From a virus, in the IMG/VR virus record IMGVR_UViG_3300007351_000277, positions 1-64,000 of that record: a stretch of DNA of 64,000 nt; one strand, given 5' to 3'. The position numbers were made by a program, and so were the translations under genes. The notes below the pieces were generated by a model. It did no database searches. It was not told the origin of the DNA and worked only from the letters and a program-made list of their open reading frames with translations. This document shows, in pieces, positions 17,942 through 26,016 of the stretch (position 1 is the first letter of the stretch; each line of letters starts with the position of its first letter).

Positions 17942-18406
17942 TTACCCGATGCAAGGTTCTTTGACAAGTGAATAGCGACCGTTGAGACGCCGCATCTCGA
18001 CAAAACATTCATATCGGAAGGCTCTTATTTGGGGGCTTAGTGGCATAATCTGGCCATTGGACTTGTGAGTCAAAGGGCCAAAGGAATCACGAAATCGCAG
18101 GGCCAATTCCAATTGGGCTTTCTTGATGATGATATAAGGCAACACGGCGTTGCATAGTTGATCAAAGAGGCGTCGCTCGACAATCCATTCGTATTTGGTT
18201 TTCCACCCCGAACGAGTTTCTCGTTTGTACTGTAAACCACCAAAAGTGGTTTGAAGCCAGTCAATCAGAATCTTATCGGTAGAGACCACGTAGATACGAA
18301 TACTATAGTCGGTCCTTGGATACTTCCCGCTACGGTAGATATTGATGCACCCTTCGCCATCAATGATACCAGCGAGATAGGCCAACTGGGAAACGGTCCA
18401 GCACAT
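17942..18406 (-). CDS. LAGLIDADG homing endonuclease, single-motif type
   Basis: Track ORF is 17942..18448. The motif LAYLAGIIDGEGCINIY lies near the N terminus. The start is probably ATG 18406 (MCWTVSQ) after AAAGGGG. Antisense to the capsid gene and intron. Confidence 0.85.
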   Translation of the reverse strand: MCWTVSQLAYLAGIIDGEGCINIYRSGKYPRTDYSIRIYVVSTDKILIDWLQTTFGGLQYKRETRSGWKTKYEWIVERRLFDQLCNAVLPYIIIKKAQLELALRFRDSFGPLTHKSNGQIMPLSPQIRAFRYECFVEMRRLNGRYSLVKEPCIG

Positions 18407-18438
18407 AAGATACACCCCTTTCATTGTGTCTGAGACTA

Positions 18439-18467
18439 AGTGTATCACTATAGTGTTAACTTGTCAA
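18439..18467 (-). promoter_or_regulatory. sigma70-like promoter for HEG-1 (TTGACA-N17-TACACT on the - strand)
   Basis: The reverse complement reads TTGACAagttaacactatagtgaTACACT. The -35 is formed by the 3' strand of the stem that closes the HEG-1 loop. Confidence 0.5.
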
Positions 18468-18580
18468 TACCGGCAGCAGAGACTAAACGAAGAGACACCG
18501 AAAGGTGAAGCGATAGTCCGATCTTATGGGAAATGAACCGTAAGAGCCAGGCAGAAATGGCCTGGACGCACCTTAACAAT

Positions 18581-19351
18581 CTACTTGACTTTATATAGCA
18601 TCGATGGTGCCCAATAGGGTGCCATGATGTCCATCAACCTACGTGCATCGGAACCATAGAAGGTAACTCGATAACCCCCCTCACGCAAAAAGCGTAGGTG
18701 GGAATTCAGCCCATATGTTTTCCGAAACCAGTCTTGGATTGAATGCTGGACAGATTCGGGCCAAAGGCCAGTACAAAAGTAAAAGCCTTTGTCAAAGGTC
18801 CCAGACCCATCATCCATAAACCAGACTGCTAAAGAACGTGGGGTCAATTGCTGAAGTGCCTTTAGTGTGGGGACCTTGCCATCATCACACATAAACAACT
18901 TGAATGGCGTAAAGAGGTCAGAATGCACACAGGTGCGAAAACGCACGGAGCCAGCATTGATAATCACCCTGCCCTGACAGACAGTAGTTCGAGGAGCGTA
19001 ATGCTCAAGTTTGCCAGGAAAAGGCTGTAGTTGGCTATGAAGCCACAGAACATACCCTTCCTGATTGGCGCCATGCTCAATTGATAAGGATGGCCAGCGA
19101 CACCGAGTTGGGATGGCCAGGGAGCCATCACCCATCAGTTTTCCATATACGATTTCGAGTTGTTGCTGTGAGAATGGGGTTTGCTGGGCAGTAGTAAGGG
19201 GATAGCCCCTGCAGGGAATGGCATAGCGATGCAAGTAGGTGTAAACATCACCGTACTTGCGAGTGAGTGCCTTAGTTGACAATCCGAGATCAACATACTC
19301 GTGATACAACTCTTCCTTGGTCGGTGTTAATGTGGTTTTTGGTCGGCCCAT
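18581..19351 (-). CDS. LAGLIDADG homing endonuclease, double-motif type
   Basis: Track ORF is 18581..19372. The start is probably ATG 19351 (MGRPKTT) after GAGGAAG. Two motifs are present: YGKLMGDGSLAI and AVWFMDDGSGT. Antisense to the intron. Confidence 0.85.
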   Translation of the reverse strand: MGRPKTTLTPTKEELYHEYVDLGLSTKALTRKYGDVYTYLHRYAIPCRGYPLTTAQQTPFSQQQLEIVYGKLMGDGSLAIPTRCRWPSLSIEHGANQEGYVLWLHSQLQPFPGKLEHYAPRTTVCQGRVIINAGSVRFRTCVHSDLFTPFKLFMCDDGKVPTLKALQQLTPRSLAVWFMDDGSGTFDKGFYFCTGLWPESVQHSIQDWFRKTYGLNSHLRFLREGGYRVTFYGSDARRLMDIMAPYWAPSMLYKVK

Positions 19352-19371
19352 ATCTTCCTCTATTTTCGCCA

Positions 19372-19400
19372 AGCATAGCAGAAAATGAGGAGTAAGTCAA
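19372..19400 (-). promoter_or_regulatory. sigma70-like promoter for HEG-2 (TTGACT-N17-TATGCT on the - strand)
   Basis: The reverse complement reads TTGACTtactcctcattttctgcTATGCT. The -35 again lies in the 3' strand of the loop-closing stem. Confidence 0.5.
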
Positions 19401-19426
19401 GTAGGTTGCGGTGAGGTAACAGATTG

Positions 19427-19948
19427 GATCAGGCTGGGGTAGATGTGGACACAGTGGTACGTGATGTACTAACTGCGGGCACGTCTATCCAGTTTGCCTC
19501 AACCGCTATCTCTCGTGGCCAGGTGGGGTCGGGCATGTTGTTCAACTCGGCAGAGATCAGGGAAGTTCTACGGACTATGCGTCGAAACAACGCAAATCCT
19601 GTGGAGGACGATAAGTATATCGCTTTCGTTCATCCAGACACCTGGTCGGACCTGTTGAGCGATACCGACTTCAAGAGCTTCGGGCAGCACGCACAGCCGC
19701 GTGATACCACGAACGTTCTGTCCCATGCTAACACAGTGGATTACCTTGGTATCCGGTTCGTCATGACGAGTCGGGCCACGATTCATGCGTCGCTGGGTCT
19801 GTCTGGCGCTGATGTTTACTCGACCGTGGTGGTGGGTGACCAGGCTTATGGTGTTTCCGAACTGGAGACTCAGAACCTGCGAATCTACTTCAAGCCACGG
19901 GGATCGGGTGGAACCGGTGACCCAATAGACCAGATCAGCACGCTGGGT
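19427..19948 (+). CDS. major capsid protein, exon 2 (174 codons)
   Basis: DQAGVDVDTVVRDVLTAGTSIQFAS...YIAFVHPDTWSDLLSD...GIRFVMTSRA...VYSTVVVGDQAYGVSEL...KPRGSGGTGDPIDQISTLG. There is no plausible start or RBS of its own. It continues exon 1 in phase 0. Confidence 0.85.
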
Positions 19949-20196
19949 AAAGTGATAGTAGTAATACTTGTAGCCCAGCTAAAACCTGTCAAATTCAGGG
20001 AAAGTCCCTATAGGGGGATAATCCTGAGCCAAGGCCAGCTTTATGGCTGGCAAGGTGCAACGACTAGACGGCAGGGACTCGGTTTACTGAACTGAGTCAA
20101 GGTATAGTCTGAACTCACGAGTAATCGTGAGAGGTGGCAGAAATGGCCACCCGCCTATTCAGGTGGATGCCTGTTAGGTCCATAAGTAACAGAACG
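19949..20196 (+). mobile_element. group I intron 2 (248 nt, no ORF)
   Basis: P1: exon GCTGGGT (19942-19948) pairs with guide GCCCAGC (19973-19979). Core strings are GTCAAATTCAGGGAAAGTCCC (19988-), GAGCCAAGG, GACTAGACGGCA (20062-20073) and AAGGTATAGTC. These closely resemble my recollection of the Azoarcus/Anabaena tRNA group I introns. It ends GTAACAGAACG. Confidence 0.85.
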
Positions 20197-20283
20197 TACA
20201 AGTGTGCATTTGCTGCACGTATCCTCAACGACAACTTCATGTTGCGTGTTGAGCACGTGACCACAGCAAAGCAGGCGGCATAA
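20197..20283 (+). CDS. major capsid protein, exon 3 (28 codons plus stop)
   Basis: Hand translation gives YKCAFAARILNDNFMLRVEHVTTAKQAA*. There is no start codon. It joins exon 2 in phase 0 after the omega-G at 20196. The spliced product is 318 aa. Confidence 0.7.
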   Translation, partial: YKCAFAARILNDNFMLRVEHVTTAKQAA

Positions 20284-20292
20284 GCGATTAGT

Positions 20293-20316
20293 AGGGGTCG
20301 GGGTGACTCGACCCCT
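20293..20316 (+). terminator. 8-bp GC-rich hairpin after the capsid stop (AGGGGTCG / CGACCCCT)
   Basis: Read directly. The T-run is weak or absent, so function is uncertain. Confidence 0.35.
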
Positions 20317-20344
20317 TAACAAAACAGGAAAGGGACATACTCAT

Positions 20345-20887
20345 ATGCCCAGAGTGAGCAAGGATGATAATGTCGTACAGTCTGTGATAGAAATGCAGGC
20401 TGTACCAGTTGCTGCTGATGCAGTACAGTCTGCAGAAGAGACGCAGGCTGCGCCAGTTGATGCTGACAAAGTGACTATGTTGCTAGCTAGACTAGCAGAC
20501 ATGGAAGCAAAGCTGGTAGCGCTTACAGCAGCAATCCCCCCTACCCCTCAGAACATTGGTGAAGCGCCCCCCCAAAGCAAGGGGACCAAGTGGAGTACCA
20601 ACGCCGGGGAAGTGGTGCACGGTAACAAAGTACCATTCACTCACCATGATCTGGTAGAGCGGACCGGTGAGGTCAGTTGGTACAACTGGACGCGGTTCGA
20701 TCACTGTATCGTGATGGGTGTGCCCTATCGGGTTCCTGTCAACACCTTCGTGACTACGCCAGGGATCGTCAAAGCGCATCTTGAGGAGACCGAGCACGCG
20801 CAACGTCGGCCTGATTTTGTAGAACGGACGGGGGGCCATGTAGCGACTGGTGCCTTGGAAGGTCCGCCACCGCAGCGACCAGCCTAA
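20345..20887 (+). CDS. hypothetical structural-module protein
   Basis: Track ORF is 20303..20887. I moved the start to ATG 20345 (MPRVSKDD) after AGGAAAGGGA, because GTG 20303 lies in the hairpin loop. Confidence 0.55.
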   Translation: MPRVSKDDNVVQSVIEMQAVPVAADAVQSAEETQAAPVDADKVTMLLARLADMEAKLVALTAAIPPTPQNIGEAPPQSKGTKWSTNAGEVVHGNKVPFTHHDLVERTGEVSWYNWTRFDHCIVMGVPYRVPVNTFVTTPGIVKAHLEETEHAQRRPDFVERTGGHVATGALEGPPPQRPA

Positions 20888-20908
20888 ATCAATTTGCAGG
20901 GGGATTTC

Positions 20909-23266
20909 ATGCCCAAGTTGGGCTTGACCATGATTGCACGCGGCGCGGAGAAAACGCTAGGCGCGTGTCTGGACTCTATCAAGGACTATGTTGATCCCAT
21001 CGTAATCGTGCTGGCTGGCAAGCCCACTGACAACACCGAGACGATAGCCTACCAGTACACCGACCACGTTTTCTGGTACGATGAAGAACTACTGCCCGAC
21101 GGGGGCATCAGTAACTTCGCTGCTGCCCGTAATGTTTCCCTCAAAAAGTTAGCTGAACTCACTGGCCCGGATTCCTGGTTCATGTGGGTTGATGCTGATG
21201 ATGAGGTGGTAAACGCTGAGAACATCCCCGGCATCATTCAGGAAGCAATCGACAATGGTGCCGAGGGTATCTGGCTACCCTACCACTATGCGTTTACCGA
21301 CCGTGGTCAATGTACCACCTTCTTCACCCGTGAGCGAATCATGTACGACCCGACCCGTTATCGGTGGCTGGGGCGTGTTCATGAAGTTATCGCCCCCAAT
21401 AGGCCCATCTCGTGGGGCGAGGCCAGGGAAGTAGCGATTCGTCACAGTGGTCACCAGTATGTAAGTCGGTCGGATCGTAATCTTGCGCTACTGCACATGA
21501 TGCTGGAAGAAGAACCTGGCAACGAACGAACACTGTTCTATCTTGGGCATCAACACTTTGCCAACGGTGAATGGGCAGAGGCTGTGCAGTGGTACGAAGG
21601 GCATGTGAGGGTGGCCAACAACGAGCTTGAGAAGTGGCAGTCTTATATCTACATGGCTAAGGCGCTACGTAAGCTCGAACGTTATGACGATGCCCTCGCT
21701 GCCAACGCAGCAGCACTGGTATTGGCCCCCAGCTTCAAGGATTCCTACTTCGACTTGGCGGAAACTTATGCGTTCAAAGAGGATTTCGAGGCTTGTTTGC
21801 TAATGGCCGAGCTGGGCAGAAAGCGAGAGTCCCCGCCCCCGATATTGTTCCTCAATCCCCTCGATCAGATGGGCTACAACGCTGGTGTAATGGAAGAGGT
21901 AGCACTTTTTCATACGGGCAAACTGGATGAAGCGTTAGCCAAAGTGCGTGAGCTGCTTCGGATAAACCCTGCCCCGGCCCTCATGCAAAAAGAGGCCACC
22001 TATATGGACTTCGTGGAAACACGGGATAAAGCAGAAGCGTGGCTAACGATATTGGACGGTCAGGACCCCGATAGGGTGGTTGATCTATCCAAAGCAATAC
22101 CGAAAAGGCTATTCAATATCCCGGAGATACGCAACTGTGTGCATGGTGCCAGGGCCCTGTTACGTGAGGACCAGGCATCCGAGAAGCGAGTGGCGTTTTA
22201 CTGTGGCGAGGCGATGGAAGCCTGGTCTCCACCGAGTATCAACGAAGGTGGCATCGGCGGGTCCGAGACTGCCTGTATCGAGATAGCCAGGCGTTTCGCT
22301 GCTGACGGTTGGCAGGTAGACGTGTTCAACAATCCTGGTCGGTACGAAGGTGAGCATGACGGTGTGTGCTACTGGCATCACAGTCGGTTCAAACCCCAAG
22401 TACCGTATGACCTGTTGGTGTCTTGGCGTCAGTTGGCTGCGCTGGCCAACATGAACATAAAGGCCAAGCGGATGTTCTTTTGGGCACACGACCTGAACTA
22501 CGGGCCCCTCATGACGCCCAAGATCGCTGACCGATTCGACCGCGTGCTGGGGGTAAGCGAATACCATGCTGACTACCTTAAGCTGGTGTACGACTTCCTT
22601 CCTGCTGAGAAGGTAAACTTTGTGCCTAACGGGATCGACCTTGAGCGCTTTGCTGATCCGGGTGTAGAGCGCAAGCGTACTAAGGTGGTATGGCTGAGTA
22701 GTCCTGACCGGGGACTTGATGTACTACTTTCCCTGTGGCCCAACGTTATCCAGTATTACCCTGATGCTGAACTGCACATCTTCTACGGGTTCAAAAACAT
22801 CGAAAAGCTAGCGCGCGCCAACCACAAGTACCAGCAGTGGGTCGATACCATGATGCGCCACATGGACAAGCCTGGCGTTACCTATCATGGTCGGGTCGGG
22901 CAGGACGTGCTGGCACGTGAACTTTGGGAATCCAGCATCTGGGCTTACCCGTCCGCGTTCCTCGAAACGTCGTGCATTTCGGCAATGGAAGCGATGGCCG
23001 CGGGCGTAACGGTGTTGGCGTCCAACATTGGGGCGCTGTCCTACACGGTGGGCAGCATATGGAATCCCGATAATCCTGGCGCTGGGTACCTACTGCCTGG
23101 GCACTCACGTTCCGAGTGGTACATGAACAAGTTTCTGGGGGTTCTGCTGGCACTATTGGCTGACGACAACATATGGCGAGCAGGACATGAAGCAAGCCTC
23201 AAAAGGGCACCGATGTTTAGCTGGGACAAGAGTTACGAGAAATGGAAGCAACTACTGTCGGCCTAA
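20909..23266 (+). CDS. tripartite glycosyltransferase: GT2-like N domain, TPR repeats, GT4 (GT-B) C domain
   Basis: Start ATG 20909 after GCAGGGGGA. The N-terminal part (LGLTMIARGAEKTLGACLDSI...VDADDE) has a GT-A pattern. The middle has TPR-like repeats (LFYLGHQHFANGEWAEAVQWYE, YMAKALRKLERYDDALAANAAAL). The C-terminal part (SIWAYPSAFLETSCISAMEAMAAGVTVLAS) is EX7E-like. Confidence 0.85.
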   Translation: MPKLGLTMIARGAEKTLGACLDSIKDYVDPIVIVLAGKPTDNTETIAYQYTDHVFWYDEELLPDGGISNFAAARNVSLKKLAELTGPDSWFMWVDADDEVVNAENIPGIIQEAIDNGAEGIWLPYHYAFTDRGQCTTFFTRERIMYDPTRYRWLGRVHEVIAPNRPISWGEAREVAIRHSGHQYVSRSDRNLALLHMMLEEEPGNERTLFYLGHQHFANGEWAEAVQWYEGHVRVANNELEKWQSYIYMAKALRKLERYDDALAANAAALVLAPSFKDSYFDLAETYAFKEDFEACLLMAELGRKRESPPPILFLNPLDQMGYNAGVMEEVALFHTGKLDEALAKVRELLRINPAPALMQKEATYMDFVETRDKAEAWLTILDGQDPDRVVDLSKAIPKRLFNIPEIRNCVHGARALLREDQASEKRVAFYCGEAMEAWSPPSINEGGIGGSETACIEIARRFAADGWQVDVFNNPGRYEGEHDGVCYWHHSRFKPQVPYDLLVSWRQLAALANMNIKAKRMFFWAHDLNYGPLMTPKIADRFDRVLGVSEYHADYLKLVYDFLPAEKVNFVPNGIDLERFADPGVERKRTKVVWLSSPDRGLDVLLSLWPNVIQYYPDAELHIFYGFKNIEKLARANHKYQQWVDTMMRHMDKPGVTYHGRVGQDVLARELWESSIWAYPSAFLETSCISAMEAMAAGVTVLASNIGALSYTVGSIWNPDNPGAGYLLPGHSRSEWYMNKFLGVLLALLADDNIWRAGHEASLKRAPMFSWDKSYEKWKQLLSA

Positions 23267-23841
23267 GATTATCGCTTGGCTGTGGTGCAGCATTGTTGCC
23301 ACCACCGTGGCGCAACCTGGACTACGCTAAGCAGTCGATACCGAAAGGATACCACTTCCAGCTTTACGACCTGCGTGATGGGTTACCGTACCCGGACAAC
23401 TCGGTGGACCTGATTCACTGTGCCCACGCTCTCGACCACGTTAGCTTTTATGATGCAGTGGCCTTACTAAAAGAGTGCAAGCGTGTCATGTGTCCTATGT
23501 CAGTAGGACGGTTTATCATGATGGACTTCGATGCCATCTGGAACGCCTATCAGGACCGGCAGGTCAACACCTTTGCCAAGTGGCAGCCCCCCGAGTGGGG
23601 GCGTCTGCGCAGCAATGCCTTGAAGCTATCGCTGTTCCTGATGGGTAGCATGTCAGGACAACGAGAGTATACCGGGCACTGGTGGGTAACGGACTTTGGT
23701 GGATTTCGGGAGATGGCGAGTATGGCGGGGTTTTCGGATGTAAAGCGGATGGAGTATGGCAAGAGTCAGAGTCGCGTCATAGAGATAGAGGTGCCCGAAG
23801 CCTACCCGGACCACAGCTTGTATGTTGAGGTAGTAAGGTGA
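23242..23841 (+). CDS. class I SAM-dependent methyltransferase
   Basis: LSLGCGAALLP motif I-like, then DNSVDLIHCAHALDHV and LKECKRVMCP. Confidence 0.7.
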   Translation: MEATTVGLRLSLGCGAALLPPPWRNLDYAKQSIPKGYHFQLYDLRDGLPYPDNSVDLIHCAHALDHVSFYDAVALLKECKRVMCPMSVGRFIMMDFDAIWNAYQDRQVNTFAKWQPPEWGRLRSNALKLSLFLMGSMSGQREYTGHWWVTDFGGFREMASMAGFSDVKRMEYGKSQSRVIEIEVPEAYPDHSLYVEVVR

Positions 23842-24554
23842 GAATCAATGATTATCACAAGGTTGTTGTTATTCCAGCACACAATGAGGCCAACAACATC
23901 GCTAATCTGGTGGCGCAGGCAAAAGAATACGGCAAAGTAATCGTGGTGGACGATGGCTCGACGGACAGGACAGCAGTAGAGGCTGCACTGGCTGGTGCTA
24001 TTGTGCTATCCAACCCACCTGGTTCCCAGTATGGCGACGGTTTCATGCGAGGCGTAAGTGCCGCGCTGTCCTATGGCGCCAAGCAGATTGTGACGATGGA
24101 CGCTGGGGGTAGCCATGACCCCAACGACCTTTCTGTTTTGCTGCGCCACCTTGTACTGCCCTATATGGTTGTCATCGGTACCCGTGGCACAGAAGGGGCC
24201 AAGATCAGTCAGCCACTGCATCGTAGGCTACTGACCAAGGCAGCTACCTATGCGATGTATCGACTGACCGGGCAGACAATATACGACTACAGCAGCTTTC
24301 GTGCTTTCACCTGCAACTCAGCCAGAGTGGTACTATCGGTCGCCAAAGACCTACCGAAACGATGTCATGTGTTCAATCCAGCCTTGGCGATGGCCATGGC
24401 ACAGCAGCCACTACTGCGCTTTATCCACGTCCCCATCAACTTCAGGTCCACCAACTCTAGCCTGAAGCCTATGGACATAATACAGGCAGCATGGCAGTTG
24501 GCTGTGATGCTGAAAGCAGAGAACATCGAAAGGACACTCAGGTGCTTACGGTAA
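23838..24554 (+). CDS. family 2 glycosyltransferase (dolichyl/polyprenyl-phosphate sugar synthase-like)
   Basis: VVIPAHNEANNIANLV...VIVVDDGSTDRT...TMDAGGSHDP. Confidence 0.85.
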   Translation: MRINDYHKVVVIPAHNEANNIANLVAQAKEYGKVIVVDDGSTDRTAVEAALAGAIVLSNPPGSQYGDGFMRGVSAALSYGAKQIVTMDAGGSHDPNDLSVLLRHLVLPYMVVIGTRGTEGAKISQPLHRRLLTKAATYAMYRLTGQTIYDYSSFRAFTCNSARVVLSVAKDLPKRCHVFNPALAMAMAQQPLLRFIHVPINFRSTNSSLKPMDIIQAAWQLAVMLKAENIERTLRCLR

Positions 24555-25273
24555 CAGCCTTCATCCCCTACTGCAACTACATGCACGACACTAGCAACCT
24601 GCAAGCGTGCCTGAAGACCGTGGCTGCGCAAACGCAGCCCTTCCACCAGATCATCCTATCGGACGACTCACACGCGGACGATAGACCAGAAGTACAGGAA
24701 CTATGTAGGCAATATGGGATAGAGTACCTTGAGTTTCCGTTTGTCAACTATGCGCCTGCCTTCGGTCGCAAGTTCAACAGGTCTTTTGCGCAGACCACCG
24801 GGGATGCTATCTGCCTATTGTGCAGCAATTGGGTGTTGGGCAGTAATTGGGTAGAGGAAATGGCACGGTGGCTTGATGAGTTAGGGCCGGGGCACGTCGT
24901 TGCGTCGGACAACGCACGGCACAAGATGCTTAACGCGCAAGGAATACCTTACGACTGGTTTGCTGGAAGCCCGGATCGCTTCAAAGCAAGCAATCACCAC
25001 CTGATAGATGAAGGCTTCCTGACCATACTTCATCGACAGGACTGGATACCCTTTCCTGAAGCTTATGACCCCCCAGAGGATGACCTGAGTGCGACCAAGG
25101 GTGCATGGCACGCAGTAATCGAATGGGGACGTGATCTGATGGGAAAACAGGGGGTACAGTTGTGGATACGGCGAGACCTGGAAGCTGAGCATCTGCCCAA
25201 GCGTGACCCGGTAGAGTGGAAAGAACAGTGCAAATGGTCCGATGGTATCTTGCAACAGAGGGGCGCAATGTAA
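24542..25273 (+). CDS. GT-A-like glycosyltransferase, paralog 1
   Basis: Track ORF is 24491..25273. In-frame GTG 24542 follows AAAGGA. Motifs: TAFIPYCN...QIILSDDSHADD. Clear paralog of the next gene. Confidence 0.55.
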   Translation: MLTVTAFIPYCNYMHDTSNLQACLKTVAAQTQPFHQIILSDDSHADDRPEVQELCRQYGIEYLEFPFVNYAPAFGRKFNRSFAQTTGDAICLLCSNWVLGSNWVEEMARWLDELGPGHVVASDNARHKMLNAQGIPYDWFAGSPDRFKASNHHLIDEGFLTILHRQDWIPFPEAYDPPEDDLSATKGAWHAVIEWGRDLMGKQGVQLWIRRDLEAEHLPKRDPVEWKEQCKWSDGILQQRGAM

Positions 25274-26016
25274 TGGAAGGTCCTACCGTATCCTGCTTTC
25301 TAGAGTTTGCGAACCCTTATCGGGATACCACGTTGTTTCGAGAAACCTTGCAGTCGCTGAGAAACCAAACATATCCCCTGCATGAAATCTTCGTCTGCGA
25401 TGATGCACCACCGGAAGACAGAGGTGAGATAGCAGCGTTGTGTAGCGAGTTCAACGCTATCCACGTGGAATACCCCTTCCGTAACTGGGGGTTAGCCAAC
25501 GGTGGCATGTACAACGACTGCTACCGAGCAAGTACGGGCGAAGTCTTACTGGTACTTTGCAGCGGGTTTATCCTTGGTGCTCGGTGGCTGGAAGAAATGC
25601 TGAAGACACTTATGGCCAAGGGCCCAGGCAATCTGGTGGGTACTGATTTTAACTGGATCAACCGAGAGTTTCCACACCCGTTTGATAGCCAGCCTGATCC
25701 CTACCAGACATTACGTAATGACAACTACGACCATGCCAAAACCATCTTGTTTCGTGAGGATTGGATTGATTACGATATCGAGTTTGATGCGGTTGGGTTT
25801 GATGGCCTGACTGGTAATCAGCACGGACAAGTCTGGTGGGGGAAGCAGCATCAGCATGCTGGACATAGCCTCTGGTTGCGTCGCAACATGGATATGCGAC
25901 ATCCACGCAGGCCACAACTAGAGGAATTTAGTAGACATGTCATGGATCGCTTCTTTTGGTCGCATGAGATTTTGGTCGAGAAGGAAGGCTTACCACCATC
26001 ACTAGACGTAGCGTGA
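25273..26016 (+). CDS. GT-A-like glycosyltransferase, paralog 2
   Basis: Track ORF is 25216..26016. ATG 25273 overlaps the preceding stop (TAATG). Motifs: VSCFLEFANP...EIFVCDDAPPEDR. It aligns along its whole length with 24542..25273. Confidence 0.55.
   Translation: MEGPTVSCFLEFANPYRDTTLFRETLQSLRNQTYPLHEIFVCDDAPPEDRGEIAALCSEFNAIHVEYPFRNWGLANGGMYNDCYRASTGEVLLVLCSGFILGARWLEEMLKTLMAKGPGNLVGTDFNWINREFPHPFDSQPDPYQTLRNDNYDHAKTILFREDWIDYDIEFDAVGFDGLTGNQHGQVWWGKQHQHAGHSLWLRRNMDMRHPRRPQLEEFSRHVMDRFFWSHEILVEKEGLPPSLDVA

Larger units (their letters stand above)
17884..19426 (+). mobile_element. group I intron 1 (1543 nt) with two HEG-bearing peripheral loops
   Basis: P1: exon end GTTGGGT (17877-17883) pairs with internal guide GCCCAAC (17898-17904) with a terminal U-G wobble. 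A core-like segment between the two ORFs reads GAGACTAAACG...GAAGCGATAGTCCGATC...GCCAGGCAGAAATGGCCTGG (18470-18570). The 3' end GTAACAGATTG parallels intron 2. Two 9-bp stems close the ORF loops: 17961-17969/18459-18467 and 18581-18589/19396-19404. Confidence 0.75.

Noticed and set aside
17884-19426. Intein, or two separately translated capsid fragments, as an explanation for the capsid interruption
   Set aside because: The insert contains stop codons in the capsid frame and the endonuclease ORFs are on the opposite strand. Exon 2 and exon 3 lack start codons and RBSs. P1 pairing and core motifs fit group I introns instead.
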